From assembly GCA_951406725.2 (NCBI GenBank), contig OX597817.1:112034001-112098000 (forward strand): a stretch of DNA of 64,000 nucleotides, given 5' to 3'. This stretch comes from Octopus vulgaris (taxonomy: Eukaryota). This document shows, piece after piece, positions 37,374 to 50,467 of this stretch. The first letter of the stretch is position 1. Every line of letters begins with the position of its first letter. The translations under genes and the position numbers were made by a program. The notes beneath the pieces were generated by a model. The model made no database searches. It was not told the DNA's origin and worked only from the letters and a program-made list of their open reading frames with translations.

Positions 37374-37690
37374 TCTTAATATATAAAATCTGTTCTGTCT
37401 ATCTGTCTGTTTGTGCACTTGTAACTGGAGTATTGTTCATCCGATTGCGCTGCAATTTTAACCATGGATACATGAGAGAGCGGTGCGTTCTGTAATCTAA
37501 AAAGATTTTCAAAATTGTTAGTTTCAAAGTGAGAATCTCTATTTTTTCAATTTTTTTGTCGTGTTTGTTCCACTATTGTTAGCAACCAGTTGCTCAGATA
37601 GCCGGCACATATCATTTCACTTGCAACAAGTGGAGTACAGGATGACAGTCAGCCAAAACCGTCGTTATGCTGTCTCTCTTCTTTCCTCTC
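37374..37690 (+). mobile_element. Helitron-like 5' fragment
   Basis: A|TCTTAATATATAAAA...CTGTCTATCTGTCTGTTTG start, like the element at 33952-34243; no CTAG end found. Confidence 0.45.
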
Positions 37691-37930
37691 TTTGTGGAAT
37701 TAATAATCTTAATCTTTAGTTACAGTTTTTCATTCAAACTACATAATAGGCAGAATTGTTGGATTAAGACAGTAGGGTGTTTTTAGTGAGATTGGCTGCT
37801 ATTTCTACCAGGTCTAGCTACCATGTAGAGGTCTCCCTCATTGGCTTATACATACATATATACATAAAATCGAAATAAAATACTTAAAGCAACAGGCATC
37901 AGATACAAAAGCCAAGGTTCATGCAGTGTC

Positions 37931-39051
<1,121 letters not shown>

Positions 39052-39265
39052 TACTCTTTACTCTCTTTTACTTGTTACAGTCATTTGACTGCGACCATGC
39101 TGGAGCACTGCCTTTAGTTGAGCAAAGTGACTCCAGGACTTATACTTTGTAAGCTTAGTACTTATTTTATCAGTTTCTTTTGCCGAACCCCTAAGTTACG
39201 GGGACGTAAACTCACCACCACTGGTTATCAAGCATTGTTGGGGTGACAAACACAGACACAAACGT
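39052..39265 (-). mobile_element. SINE family 3 with LINE-A/B-like 3' end
   Basis: (TACTCTT)-type tail, hairpin CAGTC-attt-GACTG and GACCATGCTGGAGCACTGCC, matching the LINE 3' UTR motif GGCCATGCTGGGGCACCGCC. Confidence 0.75.
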
Positions 39266-39274
39266 ATACCCACG

Positions 39275-39336
<62 letters not shown>

Positions 39337-39340
<4 letters not shown>

Positions 39341-39530
39341 ATCCAAACAAGAAAACACAAAAAAAAAAAAATAACAAAACAATGCGAGGACGTGGAACAA
39401 ATAAAGTATTATTGGATGCTCAGGAAAGAAGGGAAGAAGGAGGGTTTAATGTTTTGAGCGGAGCTCTTCGTTGGAAACATAGGAGAAGGAAAGATCCCGA
39501 GAAGGGAAGACAGAGGAAAAAAAATCGCGA
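39337..39530 (-). mobile_element. Penelope-like terminal-repeat fragment (same family as 61290-61478)
   Basis: Reverse complement TGTTTCCAACGAAGAGCTCCGCTCAAAACATT matches 61353-61385; shared ...GTTTGGATTAA end next to TA. Confidence 0.55.
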
Positions 39531-39540
39531 GGTCACATAC

Positions 39541-39695
39541 GACGGGCTTATTTCAGTTTCCGTCTACCAAATCCATTCACAAGGCTTTGGTCAGCCCAAG
39601 GCTATAGTGGAAGGCACTTACCCAAGGTGCCATGCAGTGGAAATGAACCCTGAATCAATGTGGTTGGTAAGCAAGCTACTTACCACACAGCCACT

Positions 39696-39698
<3 letters not shown>
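39541..39698 (-). mobile_element. tRNA-derived SINE family 2, near full length
   Basis: Minus strand AGGAGTGGCTGTGTGGTAAG (A box) ... GGGTTCATTTCC (B box) ... GGCACCTTGGGTAAGTG. Related copies at ~7720-7850, 9200-9310, 43655-43790, 61520-61625 and 62340-62460. Confidence 0.75.
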
Positions 39699-39738
<40 letters not shown>

Positions 39739-39759
39739 GTGTGTGTGTGTGTGTGTATG

Positions 39760-39794
<35 letters not shown>

Positions 39795-40426
39795 TAATAT
39801 GCCAGTAGTGTCTACAGATACATTTATCCCATAGAGGGTTGCATAATCTGTAACTGATAATTTTCTTAACATATATATGTATATATTGATGTGTTTGTTT
39901 CCGTTTCTCCCTTACATACACTTATAGGTATGCGTACACCCCCCCCCCACATATTTGACAAACATTGTTTAAAACCGAGATCAACTGGAAATAACCAATG
40001 TATTATTTCATTAATTGTTAGCAGACGATAGCTTTTTAAAGCTATGCCAATGTTTTAGAATCATCTCACCTTTGCTTGATAACTATTAATCTCCGAACTC
40101 TTCCGAAATAAGACGTCTAAAGTCAACATTAAGGTGAAGTACATTTCTAAATTCTTTGTTAGACCCTCTAGTGTTCACATTGTCAGTTACCTTTCTCTTT
40201 GTGAAAATCCATCTGAAGTTTAATCTAGATGTGCTAGAAATAGCAGCCAAATCCTTCTTGTGAGCAGACAATATTTTGATTTAAAAATAGTGTCACTTCA
40301 GAAAATCACATTATCAATAATGATGGTAACTTAAATGGTGTATATAATGATTCCCATGGAAGCAAATGATACAAATTCATTTAACATAAGTGTTGTTTCA
40401 GAAAATTACGTTATCAATATTAATAT

Positions 40427-40719
40427 CAATTGCAGAGTGGAAGGTGTTTATCAGCCATTTAAGAAATACACAAAAACCGTTAGATTCACTTCAACATTTA
40501 AATTTAATTTGTCAAAATATTTTCGTTGCTTTGAGACCGCGACCTGTTCACTGATAAAACTCTGTGCTGCAGAGATACAGCATGGAGTTTTTTCAGTGAA
40601 CAGGTCATGCTCTCGAAGCGACAAAAATATTTTGACAAATTAAATTTAGATGTTGAAGTGAATCTAACAGTTTTGTGTGTTTCTTAAATGGCTTATAAAC
40701 ACCTTCCACGCTGCAATTG
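40427..40719. mobile_element. Palindromic MITE-like element, ~135-bp arms
   Basis: CAATTGCAGAGTGGAAGGTGTTTAT...GACCTGTTCACTGA / TCAGTGAACAGGTC...ATAAACACCTTCCACGCTGCAATTG. Confidence 0.8.
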
Positions 40720-42394
40720 TTTTTGTTCCAGCACACAATCTCAGATCAGGTCACTTGCTATGCAAGTACATCTCCGTGACATTAATATCGTTTTAATAAT
40801 AAAGTAAAATATAAGGATTAGGCAAGATGATACTGTTGAATGTATGTTGCTGCTACTACTCACAAATAATTAGACTTTAGAAGGCAATGTTTTGCAATTC
40901 TCCACAGATTCTTTATAGAATTACCTCTGAATTATGAATTAATCAGTAATGATGCTATAAAATTCATCATATCAAAAAACAAAACAAAAAACTAAAATGG
41001 TAGTCTTTCGAGCCCAAGAAAGATGGTCCTGCAATTTCTTACTGTACAACTTGCACAGATGATTGTTAATAATGATCAGGTGTTTATCCCTCAAATCAAC
41101 ATTGTTTCTATAAGGGTACTGTGTACCACATGTCTGATACCAATATGATCAAGAGCAACATAAAATGAAATGTTTTGATTTTTAAAAAAAATGAAAAGAC
41201 ACAGAGAGTCCGGTTCGGGAATCAAACCCACGATCGGGTGTGCAACACTTTAAACACTAGACCCTGCACAAATATCTTGTACTAAATAAAAATAAAGTTT
41301 GTGCATTGCTACCCATGTTAAATAATTTCTTACTGTAAATGTATTTTGTAATTTTAGTACATGAATAAAAATGACAAAATTGATTACTTACTTGTTTAAT
41401 TGTGTGAATCTTTGTAAAGTTTTCTGGAAAAAATACTCGTTGCTTCAAAATTCTATATTCCTTTTGAAGTTTTGTGTATATTATTCAATATATTATTTTG
41501 CAAATACTTAATTTTGATTATGTTAAGGTGTTTTAGGAGTTCTAAACTCTTATTTTTAGGTTTCATTAAATCACAATTTCTTAAAGTTCAGAAAAAAAAT
41601 CTCTCCCATTAGTTTTTAAATGTGCGAACTATCCCCATTGAATTAACTTATAAACATAAAATTGATTTAATAATGTAAAAATATTCTAGGGTTTGATTTA
41701 AATGTATTATATAATCATGATAAATTCTGAAAATTAACATATTTCTTTTAGCTTTACTGAATTTTAAAAATGTCTTGTTATATATATAAAAAAATATGCC
41801 TCTATTCATCATGAGGTAAAATAATTTTGTTCTTGACTTATTATTTGCTTCAAGTTGTACATGTTTAATGATTAAGATTTTATGTTTGGATTGGAAAATA
41901 TCTCTATAATATTTCAATATCAATGTGCATTGAACTTTTGATATACACATCCTTAGCGTTGTCATCATCATATTTTACACCCTTTTTTTCCCATGTTGCA
42001 TTCTTTTGTCATCTGCTACTTTCACCAACTAGTCTTTATTGTTTATGTATTTTTGACATGATTCTTATAGTGGGTCACCCTTCCTTTCAATAACCAATTT
42101 TATAGTGTAGAATTTAGTTTGTGTTATCAGTTTCTGTACTTCAATTTTGCTTTATCTCTTATCTTTGCATCAATGGTATTTGAATATAGTTTAGCAAGGA
42201 CAAGCATGTTATTAAAGGAATTTACATTGAACTCTTGAAGTGGGTTCTCAAGTTGTGTTGCTTCATTGATTCTCTTCAATTTAAACTGTGGGATTGTTTT
42301 AATATAGAAACTTTATTCCACAAAGGCATATCATTTTGGTTGCATAAATTTTTCTGCTATCTTTGCTGTTGTATCTCTTTTGAATAGAAATTTC

Positions 42395-43107
42395 GGATCT
42401 TTTCCTTTTGAACGGCACATGCCAACACAATTTCTAGTTAACTAAACACTTTAAAACTTTGTATACTGGTAGAATGTGTCAAAATAAAACATTTTCTTCT
42501 CTTGGCTTTCTTGATAAAATTGTAATTCGTTTGTTTAATTGTAATTCGAATTTTAACCAATGAATCGCCTCTAATTGAGCTAAAATCATTTGCTGTGTCT
42601 AAAACTAAGACAACATCCTGTCACTAACCCTAACCCTAACCTTAAATTTTTTTTTTCTTAATTGTTACGCGTGTAAAAAAAACGGAAGGCTAAAACGTAT
42701 ACGTACGGAAAGCGTGTGTATAAAATTATAGAATTATTTTGTTTGTTAATTGTTTAAATTATTTTCCATTGCTTTCGTTTTAGCCTTCCGTTTTTTTTTA
42801 CACACGTAACAATTAAATTAACAATTAAGAAAAAAAAATTTAGGGTTAGGGTTAGGGTGAGGTTTAGGGTTAGTGACAGGATGTTGTCTCAGTTTTAGAC
42901 AGCAAATGATTTTAGCTCAATTAGAGGTGATTCATTGGTTAAAATTCGAAAAATTAAACTACGTTAAACAAGCGAATTACAATTTTATCAAGAAAGCCAA
43001 GAGAAAAAAATGTTTTATTTGGACACATTCTACCAGTATACGAAGTTTTAAAGTGTTTAGTTAACTAGAAATTGTGTTGACATGTGTCGTTCAAAAGGAA
43101 AAGATCC
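42395..43107. mobile_element. Foldback/MITE with ~300-bp TIRs, 8-bp TSD and internal telomeric repeats
   Basis: GAAATTTC|GGATCTTTTCCTTTTGAACG...CGTTCAAAAGGAAAAGATCC|GAAATTTC. (CCCTAA)n at ~42624-42641 and (TTAGGG)n at ~42840-42873. Confidence 0.88.
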
Positions 43108-44215
43108 GAAATTTCTCTTGAACTTCCATTTTGATCTTTAGGGGTTGTTCTTATTCATCTTTGAGTCCTTTCACAGATTAATACCTAGATATATCAACAT
43201 TGAGCCAGAACTCCAAAACACTAAATAAGACTGTTGTTCTGTTATTTGATCCAGATAAACCCATTCACTCAAATTGCTGCAACATCTTTTGCTTTATACT
43301 GTGTGCTACATTCTGAACTTCCAATTTACCATAATATCAACTGAATTATATTGCCAACATGCTTTAAAATAAGCATTTTGGAGACAAACCAGTTCCATGT
43401 TGTACTTTTCAGAACTAAACATTGTACATTTCTGTATGCTAGATCTTTAGGTCTCTCTCAAACATTAATTTGGTTATTTCTGTTTCACGGATTTGTAAAA
43501 GATGCAGAAGTAGGGAAGAGAAAAGCTTTTAAAAGTGGCTTGTTTTGGTAGATTTTCTATATGATATTTTGGTGATTGAAGAAATAACAGCCCTTGTGGA
43601 ATCCATTATGGTTAAGTAGCATTGGCATTATTGGGTGGGATACAGGTATCCATTATGCAGTTAAGAAGTTCACTTCATTGTTACAAAGCTCTGGGTTAAA
43701 TCTCACTCCATGGCTTTTTGTGCAAGTGCCTCAGATTCACTAATGCCCGGTGAGTGGAATTTGGCTGATAGAAACTGTGGAAGCAGGTCGTGTGTGTATG
43801 TGTATATTACATATATCTTTCACTAATGTATGTTGGTGAGGAATGTAAACATCAGAAAGAAAACTGAAAATACTAATGCTTTCAAATAAAAGATGTATTT
43901 AAAACGCACAGGCAAATCACTTGTCATTCTCATTAGAATTGTTGCAAAATGCTGACTGGCTCCTTGGAAAGCTGCAAGGAAGGACACTGTTATTTGCCAA
44001 ATATAATTTATAAAACAATATAAACTAATAAACTGCATCTGGTGATGAATGATTTTGTGAATAGTTTAATGTGAAATAACTTTTGTTCATTAGTCATATG
44101 TGGCCCAGATCTAAATCAAAGTTTTCCATTCTTTTACTTAGATCTTCAAAATCACACTGCTTGGTGCTTTCTCAATTAGACTTATTAGGTTACAAAAATA
44201 TTTTATTGATAACTA

Positions 44216-45372
44216 TTGGGTATTCCCATAAATAATGTGATTATTTTATACTTCTTTTATTTTTCAAAATTAAGATAAACAAAGTTCTTTTTAAATCTAA
44301 AATGTACTGGCCTTCATTTTCTGCAATGCTCTTCCATCTATCTGGTAGACTTGCAAAGCCCCTCTTCCAAAATTCACTTGTCCGTGATGAAAAATACTCC
44401 TCCAGTACTGTTCTGACTTCATCTACAGAGTTCATATTTTTCTCCATCCAAATGATTTTGAAGACTGCTAAATAAATGATAATCAGATGGGGCAATATCC
44501 AGCAAATATGGTGGATGGGACATCATTTCCTATTCAAACTGCTTTAGCCCTTGGAATGTCATCCTCACTGTATGTGGCTGAGCATTAGCCTGATGGAAGA
44601 TCATGTTTCATGTTGAAAGCAAAGACTGGTTTTTCTCTAGTGCTGACCTAAGCTGCTCACAGTAGATCTCCTTTGTTATTGTTTGGTTTGGGTTTAAAAG
44701 TTCAAAGTGGACTAAAACTTTCATATCCCTCCAAACAGATAACAACACCTTATGTGGGTGAAGACCTTCTTTAGCCTGGGGTGCCGGTGTTTCTCCTTTC
44801 CCTACCCACTGTCTTCAGCGCTTGACATTTTTATAGAGAACCCATTGTCCCAATTTGCTGACTTTTCTGATGGCATGCAGGTGTTAACGAATGGTTGAGT
44901 GACCAAATCCAAGCTTCTCTGCTAGTTCCTCAACAGTTATGATGTGATTTTGTTCCGCCAGGATTTGCAGGACGTCCTCGTTGAGTTCTACAGATCTTTC
45001 AGGAAGAACCTTGTCTTCTAGGCTGTAGTTTCTAGCTTGGAATTTCTGGAACCACCATTGACACTGGCTTACACTTATTGTCTGATCCCCATCTACTGCA
45101 TTAATATTCCTCGCACTTTCTGTTGCATTGTTGCCTTTATTGAACTCATAAAGCAAAATATGCTGAATATGCTCCTTAGTCACTTCCATTATGGCTCTGA
45201 AACAATAACTGTTAAAATCGAACTGCATTCTTCAAAATTTGCACTAAGAATAAGTACAAGGTAAAATTACTACCTGCTTTTATAGCAAGTTGATGCAAGT
45301 AGTTTATCCTGTCTCCCTCTGACTTTTAGTTCATGCAACTGAAAAAACTGCATTATTTATGGGCTGATCCAA
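44216..45372 (-). mobile_element. Decayed mariner transposon with TA TSDs
   Basis: TA|TTGGGTATTCCCATAAATAATG...CATTATTTATGGGCTGATCCAA|TA. Transposase remnants: MEVTKEHIQHILLYEFNKG (ATG 45189), WFQKF, PPYLLDIAPSD (YSPDLAP box), FWKRGFASLPDRWKSIAENEGQY. Confidence 0.9.
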
Positions 45373-46210
45373 TACTTAATAGCTTATTGGAAGAGCATGT
45401 GTATATTAACTCTTGAGAGATGAAGATTTAACTGAAATGAATCATTGGCATCTAATTTTTAAAGGTAAAGCCTCCTGATTATGAATGCCTTGTCTAATTG
45501 TACAATGCTAAGCCTTTAATTGTATATAAATTTTCAATCTTTAAGCAATTATAGCTTTATCTTTCCTAATAACAGAATTATAATTAATAAATTATTTATT
45601 CTGTATCTTTGAAGGGTCTGTGCAGTGACATGTTTCTAGATTGTATGATGTTAACTTTCTAAACTGACTTAATTAAACCTCAAATTTATCTAAGTACAGC
45701 ACTGTTCAGTATACCTATCGCTATCACACTTCAAAAAATCTGTACTCTTTCAAAAATAATACCAGTTCAGGAATACAAAATAACCGTTGCCTCTTTTGTA
45801 TCTATTAGAGTGTATACAACATTTCTTCTGTTATCGTAATAGACTTTTAAAGCTTTTTTTCATTGTCAATGTAATAGCAGAACTTCTTTTTTATGGAAGC
45901 AATTGTTTACTAAGTTTCCATCTTGTTAAATCATGCACTAGCATCTAAGTAATAACTAATTGACCAACCCTAGTGATCAGAGTACTGTTTGAGCTTCATG
46001 TTTAGTCACACTTAACTTGTAATGAATCTAAATCTGTAATATGTTTGGTTTTGCTATTTGGTATCATTTTGCATTACTTGTATTCCTTTATTAAAAGTTT
46101 TAAACTTCATGCCTTTCTTTTCTTGAGAAGCTCTAGAACTGTAGCAGATAGGCTTGGAAATAAAGGTGCAACTTGCTTATGGTAGAGTGAGTTTTCTGTC
46201 ATTTTAATAT

Positions 46211-46485
<275 letters not shown>

Positions 46486-46809
46486 TTCAAATTTTGCCAC
46501 AAGGGCAGCAAATTTAGGGGAAGGGATGAGTCTATTACATCAATGCCAGTGTGTAACTGGTATCGATCCCAAAAGGATGAAATGCAAAGTTGAGCTCAGT
46601 GGAATTTGAATGCAGAATGTAGCGATGGCGACTAATAATAATAATAATAATAATCCTTTCTACAATAGGCACAAGGCCTGAAATTTAGGGGAAGGGACTA
46701 GTCAATCACATCGACCTCAGTACTTGATTGGTACTTAATTTATTGATCCCGAAAGGATGAAAGGCCAAGTCGACCTTGGCAGAATTTGAACTCAGAATGG
46801 AGTGACAGG

Positions 46810-46811
<2 letters not shown>
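46486..46811 (-). mobile_element. Two tandem SINE family 4 copies associated with (AAT)n
   Basis: GATCCC.AAAGGATGAAA.GC.AAGT.GA.CT..G..GAATTTGAA core occurs twice. Opposite-strand relatives at ~52015-52500, 31720-31920 and 32415-32580. Confidence 0.65.
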
Positions 46812-46870
<59 letters not shown>

Positions 46871-49105
46871 TAGGTGATCATGAAAAGGAAGTTGTCAAAA
46901 GACAATTTTGACAACAAAATTTTGTAAGATAATCAGTGAGCTGACAAAAACCTTCTAGTAAGAAGTATAATGCTTGAATATATTGATTTAACTTTACCTT
47001 ATCTTGTAGAGCAAAAGTAACTTCTTGAATATACTTTATACTAAATTTAACAATATAGTTTTGATGTGTTTTCTTTTTAATATATTAAAAATATATTCAG
47101 TGTTTTTTAATAAACATGAGAATGGAATAAAAATGTGATAATGAACTTACTTCATACTTTTATTCCTTCTTTGTATAGCTGTACAGGCACAGTTTTAAAA
47201 TGTGGATTATAATTAATGTTCAACTTTAATCTGTCCTCCAATAAAAAACAAAACTTTTGCTTGGTTAGTGTAGAGATATACTTCTGGCCTAGTTTTGTTT
47301 CTTAATTGTTGCCATTTCACTTCACTAATGTTCCTAATTCTCTTGAGAAAGGCATATCCATCAGCTAATCAAATCTTTTCTTTCTTTACATATCTGAAGC
47401 TGTAAGTCTATGTAAGAAATTAATTTTACTTCTCTGAAAAGGATTCTAATAGTCATTATTTCATTTGTTTTAATGTTTGAGAAATGTTGCTGTCTCATGT
47501 GCCAATTTCTTCTTATATGAAGTATTAGGCACAATGTCACAGTATCAAAAATAATCTTATCAAGAACTAGGGTACTTACTAGTATGTTAAACATTCCTCA
47601 TTTTTTGTAATATTATTTCAGTTTGTATTTTACTATCAGATTTCTTCACACTAATTTTGGGTTTGGTTAGGGATGTTTTGGCACAGCCCATTTGGCAACA
47701 GAGAATCCATTTGGCATTGGATTTTTGGCTCTGGGAAAATTCTGTTTTTATCCTATACAAAAACTAACTTTCTGAGCCACTTTATTCATAATTATCAAAT
47801 GAAAAATTGAATAAAGTTAAATTTTTGATAAATCAGATTAGTAATAATTTCTGTTATTTATAATAATTTTTTGTTTTTGTATTTGTGTCATACAAATGGA
47901 GATAACTTTCTTACTATTCCAGTTAATAATTAATTATACTTTCTCTTTCTGTCTTTGTTTTTTTCTTTCCCTTTGTGTATATATCTGCTGCATGTCTTCA
48001 GTGCCAAAATGCAAAAAAAAAAGACAAAAAACAAAGAAAACAAACTAGATTTAACTCTCAAGCATGCGTGTCAATGACTGGCACACAACAGTGGCACACA
48101 GCCATCTCATTCTGTTTTGGAGCCAGTTTATATTTTTTTGGTTTGGGATTAAATATTTTCTTTCTCAGTTCTCATCATGAATTTTTTCATTTATCTATTT
48201 CCCCACCCCCCATTTCTTTCAATAGTTTTTATTTAATGTAGCTTCCACATTCTCAAAGTTCATACAGTTGAAGAAATATTAATTTTATCATAAAAATCTT
48301 ATACTTTTCTTAACCTTTTTTGTTTCATGCGAAGAAAGTTTCTGACTTACAAGCATAGCCAGTTGTCTTGAATTAAGAAAAATGTTCACTTTGTTTATCT
48401 TTTTTTTTCTAAATTGTCAAAAAAATTTGTTTTCTTTCAAGAAATTATTCAGCTCTGAATATTTTGAATAATTTTTTTTTGCGAGGTTGGGGTGTAGTTG
48501 TGAAGCATTTTAGTGTAAATTGCAACTTGGTCTTATGAGTATCATTGTAGAACATGAAAATCTTTTAAGCATAAATTATTTATATCTGAAGTTTTGGATT
48601 ATCTTTGAATCTTTCTGTTTTCTTTCTAATGATAATGATCGCTGAGAATATTAAATTTTTATCTGAATTTTAACTTCTATTTTATTCATTTTATCAAAGT
48701 CATAATTCATTTCCTTCGTCTCTTCAAAGAAAATAGAAACTTTTTGACAGATTTTGTTTAAAAAAATCTACTCCACTCCCTGTGTTTTTAAAAATGATAT
48801 TTGTCATAGTGAAACGGAGGGGACGGATTGTTGTCTTTGACTTTGATTTAATGTTTGTGGATAGTTGGTTTCTTTCACAAAGATATTTTGATATCCAAGT
48901 GGCTGAATAAAGTTTCTTGTGTTTTAGAAAATTGCTGTCGTAGTAATTCGATACAGTTTCACGCTTTCTTGTTTATTTATTCACATAAATCTTCTGTCTT
49001 ATTGATTAAATTCAATGTCTTTTATTTAATCAGTGACAAGTTTGGTGGATATATATTTTTTTTTTAAATGATACTTAATTCCTGCTGCGATCTTTGAAAT
49101 TGTAG

Positions 49106-49274
49106 TGTTACCGGAATTGCCCCTGCCTACAGCACTGCCATCAAGTATGCACAATAAGAGTCTTCTTTTCAATTCAAAAATTGCTGATGATGCTCGAAGG
49201 ATCCTTGGATGCAGAGATGAAAACTTGGTTCAACAACTCCTTTATGCACTAAAACACACTTCAACAGATCACAT
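49106..49274 (+). CDS. NIPBL: Nipped-B-like, second coding exon (LLPELPLPTALPSSMHNKSLLFNSKIADDARRILGCRDENLVQQLLYALKHTSTDH + 2 nt)
   Basis: Matches the human sequence as recalled (LLNQLPLPSPLPATTTKSLLFNARIAEEVNCLLACRDDNLVSQLVHSLNQVSTDHI). AG acceptor at 49104-49105, GTAAGA donor at 49275. Phase 1 is compatible with exon 9522-9588 (T+TG=Leu). Confidence 0.95.
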
Positions 49275-49984
49275 GTAAGAACTTTTGCTTATAGATTGCT
49301 TACTATGATTATAGTAGTGTCTAGATAAAGGATTCAAAGATGAACACTGTTGCCAATCTATCTGTAAACTCTAAGACATCAATTTATAACCCATATTAAA
49401 TATGCACCAAATTTCATTTGAACTCTTTGAATTGTGCTGAGTCAGGGAATATATTTTATAATTAAATTATGATATTTTTAGTTACAAAAATTTGATTTTG
49501 CTGACTGTCTGTGGAAACTGTCTTTATTTCAGTTTCTTGTAGAACTACACTTGCGCACATGCACACAAAAATGCATGTACAGACACATACACACATTTTT
49601 ATACAAATTTTCCCTTTTTCTGTCATAATTTACTATATGAAATATGTGAATTTGTATGGATATTAATAGAGTGGATGCATAACATATATCTAATTTGAAA
49701 TATTTTACACACATTCCATATGCTCACTGTCTTCCAATGTAACTTGATACTTTCATCAAATTGGTTCTAGTGGCTAAAAGTTTTCTGTTATTTAATTTAA
49801 CCCTTGAAATACACTGCTTAATTGTTTCAATTAATTCTGAAAATAACCAAGAATTTGAAGGGATTTAGTAAAATAAACCATTTCATTAAATTAGTGTTTA
49901 GAACATAAGGATATTTAAATATAATTATGGTGAAAAGTTTAATAAATTAAATATGAACATTTTAATATTCATAGTTTCATACAC

Positions 49985-50380
49985 TATTTACATTGGATGG
50001 ACATGTGTCCTCATCTTGTTTATTGTTACCACAATGTTTTGGCTGATTTACTCTCCAGCCTTCATCAGGTGTCCTCATTCCTAAGGTATTTTTGCTATTA
50101 TTATTATTATTATTATTATTTATTCAAAGTATAGGCATATACCATAATGGTTAAGAGTGTGGGCTACTAACCCCAAGATTGTGAGTTCAATTCCAGGCAG
50201 TGCCTTGAATAAATAATGATAATAATAACAACATGAGCAAAAAACACCTTAGGAATGAGAACCCAGGGTTGGGTCCAAATTCTACCAGGACACCTGATGA
50301 AGGCTAGAGTAAATCAGCTGAAATGTGGTAACAACAAACAAGATGAGGACACATATCTGTCCAATGGAATAATGTAAATA
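49985..50380 (+). mobile_element. Palindromic element: tRNA-like head between inverted arms with hammerhead-like cores
   Basis: Arms 49985-50127 and 50205-50380 are reverse complements. Centre 50134-50204 has A-box-like TACCATAATGG and B box GAGTTCAATTCC. CTGATGA-stem-GAAA at 50294-50323 (+), degenerate mirror at ~50034-50068 (-). Confidence 0.7.
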
Positions 50381-50405
50381 ATGTACTGAATTCTTCATCT
50401 AAAAA

Positions 50406-50467
<62 letters not shown>

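Noticed and set aside
43140-43650. Possible ancient RT remnant (minus-strand YLGINL)
   Set aside because: Only one convincing motif; too decayed to call.
50134-50204. Functional tRNA gene
   Set aside because: Stems are imperfect, there is no oligo-T terminator directly downstream, and it is embedded in a repeat; treated as a tRNA-derived head.
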